Part shown: one piece after another, positions 53,423 to 64,000 of the stretch | Numbering within the stretch: position 1 is the first letter of the stretch | Layout: each line of letters starts with the position of its first letter | NCBI RefSeq assembly: GCF_006345805.1 | Contig: NC_043000.1 | Span: forward strand, 40,424,001 to 40,488,000 | DNA length: 64,000 bases | Direction: 5' to 3' | Origin: Octopus sinensis | Taxonomy: Eukaryota | Position numbers and translations under genes: made by a program | Notes under the pieces: model-generated | The model's input: only the letters and a program-made list of their open reading frames with translations | Databases searched by the model: none | Told to the model about the DNA's origin: nothing

Positions 53423-54355
53423 ATATGCGCGCGCGCCAAGCTACAAAAAGAAAAGGAAAAGAAAAAAAATACAAGGAGGATTCTTAAGAGGAATGGAAAT
53501 AACGATTTGCTTCCATTTTCAGGAACTGCGCAGCTCTACTTAAAATACATGTGCTTTCGGCTTATTTATTCTTTTTCGCCTCACCACCAACACAATCAAA
53601 AACAACCTTTTTACTACCAATATCATCATCATCGCCGCCGCCACCACCACCACCACCGCCGCCGTCACCACCACTGTCACCACCACCACTATCACCGCCA
53701 CTACAACTACTACTACTACTATTTGTCCTACCCCTACTTATCAACTCTCTCTTCTCCTTATCACACTAAACAATGATTTAAACCACAATCATCGTCATCA
53801 TCATCAACGTTATCAACATCATCATCATCATCATCATCATCATCATTATCATCAACGTCGACGTCGTCGTCATCTCCTTCGCCAGCTCCACCACTACCTC
53901 TGTCACTGTCACTGTCACTACCACCACTACTGCTACTAGTTTCACACTACTACCGTCTCTTTCGTCCGTTATACATTCTCCCCGCTGAAAACGACCATCA
54001 CCACAATCGTCCCTAAATTCACACCATCATTAACACCAACACAACTGCCGCCGCCATCACCACTATTACCACAACTACCAACCGTCATCACGACCACCAC
54101 CATCACGACGACCACCACCACTGCTGCCACCGCCACTACTACCACCACCGTCACTACCATCATCATCACCACCACCACCACCACCACCATCGTGACCACC
54201 GCCACCATAACAACCATCATCAACCCCACCACAACAGCCATAGCCAACCTATATCACCAACCACCACTACAATCACCAACACCATCACTACAATTACTAT
54301 ACCACCACCCCAACAAAAACTACTACTACTACTACTACTGCAGCTGCTGCTGCTG

Positions 54356-54409
<54 letters not shown>

Positions 54410-54725
54410 TTCCGCCTTTTTCTCCGTCTTCCATTTCAATTTCTTTATTCCAATATGTCGCACTTCTGTCTTCGTATCACCTCATCCTTCCACCCACTGT
54501 GTTCGCTCTCCCCCTGTCTCTCCCCCTCTTTCTCTCTCTCCCCTACATCTCACGTTTCACCTCACACACTGAGGCGTACCTCAGCATCTCTTCATTACTA
54601 AGGGTTTCCCATTTGCGCTTATTTTCACCCTGAATTCTGACGGTTTGTTCAGAAAACACATTCAACCATGTTGCTTATTGTAAATGAATGTCTTGTTATG
54701 TTGATGATGATGATGATGATGATGA

Positions 54726-54775
<50 letters not shown>

Positions 54776-56469
54776 CGACGACGACGACGACGATGATGAC
54801 AACGACGACGATGACGATGATGAGGATGATGATGACAATCATGATGACGACGATAATTATGACGACGACGATGATAGTCTTGGGTGTGGTGCTCTCGGTA
54901 GTAGTAACCGTGGTTGTGGTGGTAACATTATTGGTGGTATTCGTGGCTGTATAATCGTTGTTGTTGCTACTGTTATCATCTGGGAGGTTGCTGTTGATGT
55001 TAATATTTATTGTTGTGCTGATGCTATTGTTGGTATTGTTGTTGTCGTTGACGATGTCGTTAATTGTATTGTTATTGTGCTGGTCGTTATTTAACCCCAA
55101 TTTGGCCCCGATCGAGGAGGATTTCGATTAAAAACAAACAAAATCGAACCCTGACCACGCCACTATTTTAAAAACACTTTTTTTATCTCTACAATTCATA
55201 TGACTTTTTTTTTTAAGCCGAGTATTTGTAGGAACTTTGTTTGGCTGCTGTTTCTCTCAGCTTAAGTGATGATTTTTATTATTGCTTAGACCCCAGGTCA
55301 GAGCTGATCTAGCGGGGGTCTATAATCAATGACATTCCAGTCATGACCCCTCCACATCCCAAGCCCGGACGCAGTATTTCGTTTTGCAACCATAATATAC
55401 AACCAAGTATATTACAGGTTTATAAGCTAATATTGTGCCTTACTTTTGTGTTAGCAGAGCGATGTTCCTCATTTTTAAGTTTATCGCTACAGATTTTCTA
55501 TAGTAATGAGCCAGTAATGAAAGTTACGACGTTTCGTATACGAATACGTATATGTAAACAATGCAATCGAAGATAGAAAAAATAGGTAATGGTGTATATG
55601 CATATTTCAAGAGTCATTGCTCTTTCGTCAGCACCACTTTCTAGCTGCGTGTACGTCAATATTAATTGCTAGCAAGGACACATTTTTCTTTCGTTTCTTA
55701 TGGGGACAGTTCCCCATTGTTCCCCTTTGCCTTCCTCACTGCATGTGAGTAATTTGAAGGGTGGTGAAAGCATTGTAATGTTGTGTAGGGTGTTTGGTGT
55801 TCTGTTGCTGATGTTAACGATGTTGTTCCCGTTGCTGCTGGTGTTACAGACTCTGTTGGCGATGTATGTTTACTGGTGTATTTGACAATGCAGCTTTGTT
55901 GCAATTCGAACTGTTGTGGTTGGATAATAATATTGTTGCTGCTTTTGGTGCTGATGTTGCTGATGTGGTAATAGCGTCAGCAACACTGAGAGGCTTTCTT
56001 CTCTCCTTTTTTGTTGTGGACAGTCAGTTCTAAGCTGGTTTGCGTCACCACATAAGCGACACCTTGACTTTCAAGTGCCAAACGTCATAAACAGTTGCAA
56101 ACGTCACAAGACTGATTGATCAAGTCTACAATGCTTTTCGTGCTTTCTTGGCCTGCTTAGATCCCTCTATCCGATCAATTTTTCTTCTGAAGCCTGTAAA
56201 CTCGCAACATGTTCGCTTTCTTCTCTCTTTGGTATCGAGCAAAATGGCCACTACTATCTAGCAGATATCTATTTAAGATGGCTAATCGATCACTTAATTT
56301 CTACTACTCTCCAGCCGTAGTAAATCAGAAAACCAGTTTATCACTTTTTAAGCGTGTTAAAGAATGCTTCCTTGCTTCATAAGAAATTCACCTCTCCTAT
56401 AACGAGCCGGCACCCTCGAGTGACGTAGGGTTTGGTGCGCCAGATTAGTTTGAATTAATCCTCAATCTG

Positions 56470-56645
56470 GAATTGTATGCAATGAAGAGAGTAGTTGTTA
56501 TCCCAGTATTTGTAGGAGCACTCAGAGTACTAACATTCATGTTTGAGAAATATGTCGAAGAAACTGGAATTGACATAAGGGTAGAGCATCCTCAAAAGAA
56601 CTGCTCTATTGGGGACATCGAACATTTTGAGACTGGTACTTAAGT
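56470..56645 (+). mobile_element. R4/Dong-type LINE C-terminal relic
   Basis: MKRVVVIPVFVGALRVLTFMFEKYVEETGIDIRVEHPQK, then a frameshift to TALLGTSNILRLVLKC*. Confidence 0.8.
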
Positions 56646-56789
56646 GTTAAGTATCTTCCACGATACTTCTCATCTAGGTACCAAGTCTTATAATTCGTGA
56701 AAAAAGACCCTGTCGTACCTTTGACAACAGGCTGCTGTCTGTTTTCATAGAATTAACCAGAAGCAAGTAGGATCGAGAACTCTGAGTAG

Positions 56790-57310
56790 TAAAATACAAA
56801 AATAATAATAATGAAACAATCGACCACATAATCACTTGATGCAGCTGACTGGCACCAACAGAAAGGATGACAGACAAGGTCGGCGAAATTTCAAGTTAGA
56901 ATATAGTGTGGGAAGACTTCAAGATTTTTTCCGACGCTCTACCTCCACTGTATGTATTGTAAGAGTATTTTGAGCAATTTCTGAAACAGTGTACCACACT
57001 GTATCAGGCTGCTTCATGCTAGCTTTTATAAAGAATACTTAGAGACACAATAACGTAGCAAAACTGCCCTACTTTTGCCTCACCATCTAATTTCAACAGT
57101 TCCAAGTAAACGCTCTTTGTATTCATGAGAAATGACAACGTGAAAATACAATGTAACTTTAGTCTGCAGACAGACCAGTAGCTAACACATAGCATCGGGC
57201 ATCTTCCTCATTGACAAAATAAATCAGAGGAGCGTATCAGTTATCAGCATTACAATACCAAATTACTATAATGTTGTACGGAAACGAACTGGAAACCAAG
57301 GAAATCATAC
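56790..57310 (+). mobile_element. Highly decayed R4/Dong-type CCHC/endonuclease relic
   Basis: NETIDHIIT*CS*LAPTE, DKVG and IFLIDKINQR fragments with many stops. Confidence 0.55.
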
Positions 57311-57960
57311 CGACCTAGCTGTTAAATTAAAAATATTATGCCAATGAAGGAAAGTGTCCATCTCTTCACTTTTAATTGGCACACAGCAATTTCTGTAGCA
57401 ACATTGATAAATTCCATACAAAGATAGACATGAGAACTTTTTAGAAAATGGCAATACAAGGATCTGGAAATATTCTGAGGGTATTGTCACATTGCATTTA
57501 TTAATCTTGAATGATTTTCGTTAAACTTGACGCTTTACTTACCATTTATATCACACGCTATTTTTGCGTTACAAAATGAATACGGGTATCATCTGTGACT
57601 ACCGCGGTAGTCACAGATGATATCCATGTTATAAATTGATGTGGTAGTTTATGTACTGAACTAGGACATATATATGGTTAAATGTATAATTTATGACGAA
57701 GTTAGACCGCTTGTCCAAAAGAAACTATAATATGAAATGAACTTGTTATGCGAAGTGTGAAACATATTTGATAAACTTGGGCGTTGTCTTAAGCATCGTT
57801 GTTAATCTTAAATACTTTTAGCTGTGTTTTCCATAGATTTGTACTAACCTTTTGCATCGAGAACCGAAACTCGATGTATTTCTGAAAGTTTAAACTATTT
57901 CGAAATTTAGGCACAATGCCTGCAGTTTTGTGGGGAGTAAGTCGATTATATAGTCCTCAA

Positions 57961-58270
57961 AGGCAGCGAGCTGGCAGAGTCGTTAGCACGTCGAGCGAAA
58001 TACTTAGCGGTATTTCGTCTGCCGCTCCGTTCTGAGTTCAAATTCCGCCGAGATTGACTTTGCCTTTCATCCTTTCGGGGTCGATCAATTAAGTACCCGT
58101 TGAGTACTGGGGTCGATGTAATTGACTTGCCCCTTTCTCCAAAATTTCAGGCCTTGTGCCTGTAGTAGAAAAGATTATATAGGCCTCGGTTTTTACTTGG
58201 TACATTATTTCATTGACTACGAAAGGATGAAAGGCAAATGTATCTCGACGGGATTTGAACTCAGATCGCA
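57961..58270. mobile_element. SINE C (+, 57961-58175) followed tail-to-tail by a partial SINE C (-, about 58190-58270)
   Basis: CTTTGCCTTTCATCCTTTCG on the left versus CGAAAGGATGAAAGGCAAA on the right. Confidence 0.85.
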
Positions 58271-59320
58271 AAGATAGCAATAATTAGATCTCCGCTAGAA
58301 TCAGAACATTGTAAGTAACAGTATTTACAATACAAGAATACATAATTACTACTAAATTTATGACAAAGAATATCCTACAAAATAAGTGGCAAATGTCGCC
58401 TTGGTAATGTATTTTCTGAAAAGATATAGCACGTCCTATCAGGATATTCTACATTAACTCAGACGAAATGTATTTGGTATAGAATAAGGTAGCAGCAAAA
58501 CTGTCCCACATGCACCAAGCCACTCAATTTCAACTGCTTAATAGAATAAGTCTGAGATACACATATAAAGCATCTCTGCTTAGAAAATACCAGCGACAAT
58601 GCTATGAAGTTTTAGCATATAGACAGACATATTATAAGCATTACATAATTTCCAGCACAAAAATAATTATCAACATAGCAATACCAAATGACTATAATCT
58701 TATTTTTTCCTCTTTTAGTCGGAAGAGAAAGTCGAGCCAACAACTTTTTGGAGGAAATTCGGCACTGGCAAGAGAGAGGGAGAGGAGCATCGCCAAACCA
58801 AAGACCTGCTCCTAGTGCTTGCAACATAGTGGTGTCAGATAGTGGATGTGTGTTAAACCAAGCGACTGAGTGAGCTTACCATCATGTTTGTGCAGAAGCG
58901 AGACGAAAAGCTATGCCTTAGCTTTTAGTTAATGCCTTACTTGCTAAAGCATTACATAGACTTAGCTATTGAATTAATTGTGACACAAATAGAATGATAC
59001 ATAAAAAAACTATAAAATCATTGACAAATTCCATATAAAGATAGACAGAAACACTTTACAGGGCGTAGTACTACGCGGATCTGTAAATATTATTCCGACA
59101 TTTCACACAGTATTTATTAACCTTGTACATATTTTTATGCATGTTACCCAAAATCGATTTAATCAATCCATGAATGGTAATGTTGTTGTTGGTGGTGATG
59201 ATGATGATGATGATTTATTTTATTATATTTATTTATCCTTTGAAGGGGAGTACGACGACGATAAAGAGACGTAAAATTTTTTCCTGATGCTCTAACGATT
59301 TTGCCAGCTCGCCGCTTGAA

Positions 59321-59364
<44 letters not shown>

Positions 59365-59378
59365 ATATAATAATAATA

Positions 59379-59418
<40 letters not shown>

Positions 59419-59539
59419 CATGATGATGATGATGATGAGGAGGAGGAGGAGGAGGAGGAGGAGGAGGAGACAACATCAATAGCAATAATTAAAACACCAA
59501 AACAAAATAACCATTAGGTTATTAATATATTACTTGACT

Positions 59540-59945
59540 AAGGCGGCGAGCTGGCGGAGACGTTAGCACGCCGGGCGAAATGCGTAGTTATATTTCGTCT
59601 GCCGCTACGTTCTGAGTTCAAACTCCGCCGAGGTCGACTTTGCTTTTCATCCTTTCGGGGTCGACAAATTAAGTACCAGTTGCGCACTGGAGGTCCATAT
59701 AATCGACTTAATCCGTTTGTGTGTCCTTGTTTGTCCCTTCTGTGTTTATCCCCTTGTGGGTAGTAAAGAAATAGAAATTGGTATTTCGTCTGTCTTTACG
59801 TTCTGAGTTCAAATTGCGCCGAGCTCAACTTTGCCTTTCATCCTCTCGGGGTCGATAAATTAAGTACCAGTTGCGTACTGGGGTCGATCTAATTGACTGG
59901 CACCCTTCCTCAAAACGTTTTGGCCTTGTGCCTAGAGTAGAAAAG
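59540..59945 (+). mobile_element. SINE family C, long form with internal duplication of the core
   Basis: GTATTTCGTCTG...GAGTTCAAA...CATCCTTTCGGGGTCGA occurs twice. Confidence 0.88.
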
Positions 59946-60371
59946 AATATATTACTTCACTTCAGAAAACATCTTTAACTCAAAAATACCACATAGTCTT
60001 CCTGTTCCGTTTTTTTCCCTTTTCTTTCAAATTATATTTGATATATTTTGTGGTGTTTTTGCTTCTGTTTTTCTTCTTATACTAAATTAATTCCTTTCTT
60101 TTCCAAAGTTTTGTTCGCATTCCAGGAGTTTCATAATAAAAATGTCACTAAACGGACACACATATAATAAACGTAACTACACGCGGGAGTAAATCTATGT
60201 GTGTGCGTATACGTGTGTGCATGCGTATGTGTGCGCGCGTCTGTGTGTCTGTGTGAATATACGTACATATGTCCGTATGCACAAACATAAACACACAAAC
60301 GCACACACACACACAAATATATATATATATATACACACAATATATATACATATGCACGCACACAACTATAT

Positions 60372-60458
<87 letters not shown>

Positions 60459-60521
60459 ATATACGTATATGCATATATACATAAACATATATATATATAC
60501 ATATACACACACATATATATG

Positions 60522-60557
<36 letters not shown>

Positions 60558-61442
60558 AAGAGAGACAGACAGACAGACAGAGGCATGTGTATATCTGTAT
60601 ACATATATAAACATATATAAGTGTATACAGATATACTATATATGTACATATATATGCATGTGTACGTGTGTATATGTATTATATGTATATATGTATGTGT
60701 TTGTATATGTATGTAAGTATGTATGTCTGTCTGTCTGTCTGTCTGTATGTATGTATGTATGTATGTATGTATGTATGTATGTATGTATATATGTATGAAG
60801 AATATTGAGGACAGAGAAAGGAAGAGAAAGAAGACAATATGAAGCAAACTGTAGATCAAAGTCTTTGTTTATTATTGTCTTCCCTGTATGTGTATGCGCG
60901 TGCGTGTGTGTGACCATTATATATGTGTGTAATATATACACACACATACATATACACCTATGCTATTTATACACAAATGTATATATATACACACACGCAC
61001 ACGAACACACACGAAGACACACACACATACATACACATGAATACATGCCTGGCATAAATATGTGAGTATGCATATGTGTGTGCCTGCGCATGCTTATATG
61101 TTCAAGCATACACATAAGCGCGCGAAAACGCACTCACAGAAATATCTGTGTGTGCCTTATTTGCTGATTAATCGGCTGACGGGAAATTCCGTAACATCTT
61201 ATAGTAATTTATGGCTTGGGAATTGACAATGCGCATGGGCGTGCTTCGCTTTTGTGCGTGTGTGTGTATCTAATGCAGTGTAATGCTATTCTTATGATTA
61301 CTGCAAAAGCCATACATACATTTGTAGAAATGAGTTCTATAGCAATTGTAATATGTTTCTGCACTTATGTACACACACACACACACTGTTACATGTACAT
61401 ATACATATGTGTATGTACATGTGTTACATATATATATATATA

Positions 61443-61498
<56 letters not shown>

Positions 61499-61600
61499 CA
61501 TATATATGTGTATGTATATACATATGTATATATATATATGTGTCTGTGTATACACATATATGTGTGTGTATCTATATATATACATACATGCACACACATA

Positions 61601-62190
61601 CTGGATGCGATGGATAAATTGTCACCATTTTGTATTTTTAATTTTGTGCATGTGTATTGTTTGTTTTTGATTTTATCGACTATACAGTATAGTAGGGTCA
61701 GTTGGACACCGTCTGTGAGGAAAACAGTACCCTGATGCAATTTACTCTGCTAGAAATTTGGAAATGACATTCTGTACTGCTTGGAATTTGTGCCGGAAGC
61801 TCCAATACGAACATTTCAGAGTGTTTGTGTGTCAATCTGATGACAATGCAGAGGATTCGGAAAGAGTTGGATGAGTCTAATGGTGATTACGAAGGTAAGG
61901 CAGCTCAGAAAACTCACTCTGATCGTTCTGATAAGAATTTGTTGGTGAGATCCAGGCCATGATTGACAACGATCCCTCCAAGTCAATCAGGTTCATTGCT
62001 AGGGACATTGGAGTATCTGAGTTTCTTGTCAGGCAGGTAGTGCATGAAGACATTAGTTATTCCTCATACAAGATGAGAGAGGGCTAATTTTTATCCCGAC
62101 CCATCAAAGACAAGTGGAAAGCCTGCGCTATGAAGCTTTTGAAGAAACTCAAGTATCCCCCCTCCAACCGAACATGCTTTTGTTTTTTTA
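61601..62190 (+). mobile_element. maT-like Tc1/mariner transposon, 5' half (same family as 39055-39933)
   Basis: TA plus TIR CTGGATGCGATGGATAAATTGTCACC. The 5' UTR is colinear with the 39-kb copy. Decayed transposase N-terminus from ATG 61735 ([10 protein letters not shown]...IQAMIDNDPSKSIRFIARDIGVSEFLVRQVVHEDI). Confidence 0.85.
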
Positions 62191-62285
62191 TAAGTTGAAA
62201 AAGTCGCAAAGACTGAAACCAGTACTAAAATGTTCTTCATGATAAAATTATTTTAGCATTTTATGTATGCATATATATATATATA

Positions 62286-62726
62286 TTTCACTTCAAACAA
62301 GGAAACATATTTAAGATCAAATCAAATTTCACCTGCGCGTCAGTAAATGTAATCTATGTCATGACATGCATAGGATGTGGTAAACTCTATATCGTCATTA
62401 CATGCATAGGATGTGGTAAACTCTATATTGTCATTACATGCATAGGATGTGGTAAACTCTATATTGGACAAACAGGAATTTTGCTCCGTCAAAGAGTCAC
62501 CATTCACAAAGAGCAAATCCGTCACCCACAATACAGACAGTTAAAGGTGAGTGAACACATAGAAAGGTGTGCCAGGAATCTTAATCCCAATTTCCAAATC
62601 TTTCCCTTTTACCAATGTTCACAGAACACCACAATTCAGCAAATGTTGAATAAAGAGGCATTTTTCATCAATAAATTTCTCCCCCAACTAAATATGAACA
62701 CACAACTCAATACAGAGCACCACTAA
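62286..62726 (+). pseudogene. Penelope-like element GIY-YIG endonuclease C-terminal fragment
   Basis: Open frame FKIKSNFTCASVNVIYVMTCIGCGKLY...IGQTGILLRQRVTIHK...VSEHIERC...KEAFFINKFLPQLN. It has the GIY/YIG triplets with the intervening CxxC typical of PLEs, plus the conserved R, H, E and N. No RT is present upstream. Confidence 0.9.
62358..62465 (+). repeat. 3 x 36-bp in-frame tandem repeat inside the GIY-YIG motif
   Basis: GTCAT(G/T)ACATGCATAGGATGTGGTAAACTCTATAT(C/T) at 62358, 62394 and 62430. Confidence 0.97.
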
Positions 62727-62865
62727 CTCTTCAATTGAAACCACTAACCCCTATACATTTCCAACACCACTCATATCTCTAAATCCAGAACTACTTACCT
62801 CCCTTACAAATAACCTTTTTTCTCAGAAACTATTAGACATAACACCGTGTTTTAGACGGTGTTTT

Positions 62866-62908
62866 CAAAGCGATGAATAGTTTTTTGCCGAAACCATGGT
62901 TCGCTTTG
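62866..62908 (+). ncRNA. Degenerate type I hammerhead in the PLE 3' UTR
   Basis: CAAAGCG-AUGA-AUAGUUUUUUGCC-GAAAC-CAUG-GUU-CGCUUUG. Helix I has 7 bp and helix III is palindromic, but the CUG of the core is missing. Confidence 0.5.
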
Positions 62909-63073
62909 TTCTCTTACTTTATTATTATCATCTTATAATCATCTCATAATAATGACCTTTATGACTCTTATTACTACCTCAGTCCATCTAAATGTATATA
63001 TTTGTCGTTACCTATCATAAATAGCCTTTTTTTTTATTTGCAATATGCATTTTCGTTGATTTTTCATATTTTA

Positions 63074-63584
63074 CCCCTATATATATATATATATTTATAT
63101 ATAATAATAAATATTAGGGAATAAATCCAAATTTACAAGGAAAAATCAGATTTAAGATTGAATCCAATTTTATAATAAAATATTATATTATAATAAATTA
63201 GAGACAAAACCACTATTATGCAAATCAATCAAAGAAAGACTTAAGCCAATACATAAAATATAAAATAATTTATATAAATTAAAATTTAACAAATGAATAA
63301 CCACTACGATCGTAGTGGTTATTCATTTGTTAATTTTAATTTATATAAATTATTTTATATTTTATGTATTGGCTAAGTCTTTCTTTGATTGATTTGCATA
63401 ATAGTGGTTTTGTCTCTAATTTATTATAATATTATATTTATATATATATATATATATAATATATATATATATATTGGCCTGCTCGCTTAGCCAGCGGGGT
63501 GGCGTCATTCGAAGGCTAAAACAATGCGAACGCATTGTGACCAGCGATGTGTGAGACATCTGATGGTCTGGTCGGTCACGTGAT

Positions 63585-63648
<64 letters not shown>

Positions 63649-63935
63649 TTAGAGACAAAACCACCATTATGCAAATCAAACAAAGAAAGACTTAAGCCAA
63701 TACATAAAATAATTTATATAAATTTAGAAATTTAACAATTATAATTATGATTGTTAATTTCTAAATTTCTATAAATTATTTTATGTATTGGCTTAAGTCT
63801 TTCTTTGTTTGATTTGCATAATAGTGGTTTTGTCTCTAATTTAATATAATATAATATTTTACTATAAAATTGGATTCAATCCTAAATCTGATTTTTCCCT
63901 GTAAATTTGGATTTATTCCCTAATATTTATTATTA

Positions 63936-63966
<31 letters not shown>

Positions 63967-63971
63967 GGGTG
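63074..63971. repeat. Nested palindrome cassette
   Basis: Outer inverted repeats at about 63074-63200 and 63835-63971. Inner spacerless palindrome at 63184-63433 centred on CTACGATCGTAG. Second palindrome at 63641-63848. Confidence 0.95.
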
Positions 63972-64000
63972 TATCTTGTGTCTACAAATGGATGTACGCC

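Noticed and set aside
58830-58847. TGGTGTCAGATAGTGGAT resembling a tRNA-Leu primer-binding site
   Set aside because: The match is partial, and no LTR pair or gag/pol sequence follows.
62358-62465. CRISPR-like 36-bp repeats
   Set aside because: The repeats are contiguous with no spacers and lie in frame within a eukaryotic retroelement ORF.
63476-63591. GC-rich core tested as an HDV-like ribozyme
   Set aside because: P1 and P2 can be partly drawn, but there is no room for P3/L3, so the double pseudoknot cannot form.

Overview
AT-rich, microsatellite-saturated eukaryotic DNA that is intergenic or intronic. The tRNA-derived SINE families look like those of Octopus/coleoid cephalopods; this is recognition from memory, not a database result. 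No intact host gene can be supported, and nearly all ORFs in the supplied track are translations of (TA)n, (CA)n, (TATG)n or trinucleotide repeats. What can be identified is a transposon graveyard. It contains three SINE families, three stacked R4/Dong-type LINE copies in TAA microsatellites plus two more relics, an L1/Tx1-type 3' fragment, two mariner relics, two maT-like (DD37D) Tc1/mariner copies, a hAT-type MITE and a Penelope-like GIY-YIG fragment. The most striking pattern is about a dozen type-I hammerhead-ribozyme motifs. Near-canonical ones occur in a three-unit tandem array (45.4-46.8 kb, retrozyme-like) and on both arms of a ~390-bp palindrome (23.0-23.4 kb). A degenerate one lies downstream of the Penelope endonuclease. 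The window also holds many large fold-back palindromes. Two weak host-exon candidates (13.5-14.6 kb and 42.7 kb) are flagged for testing.
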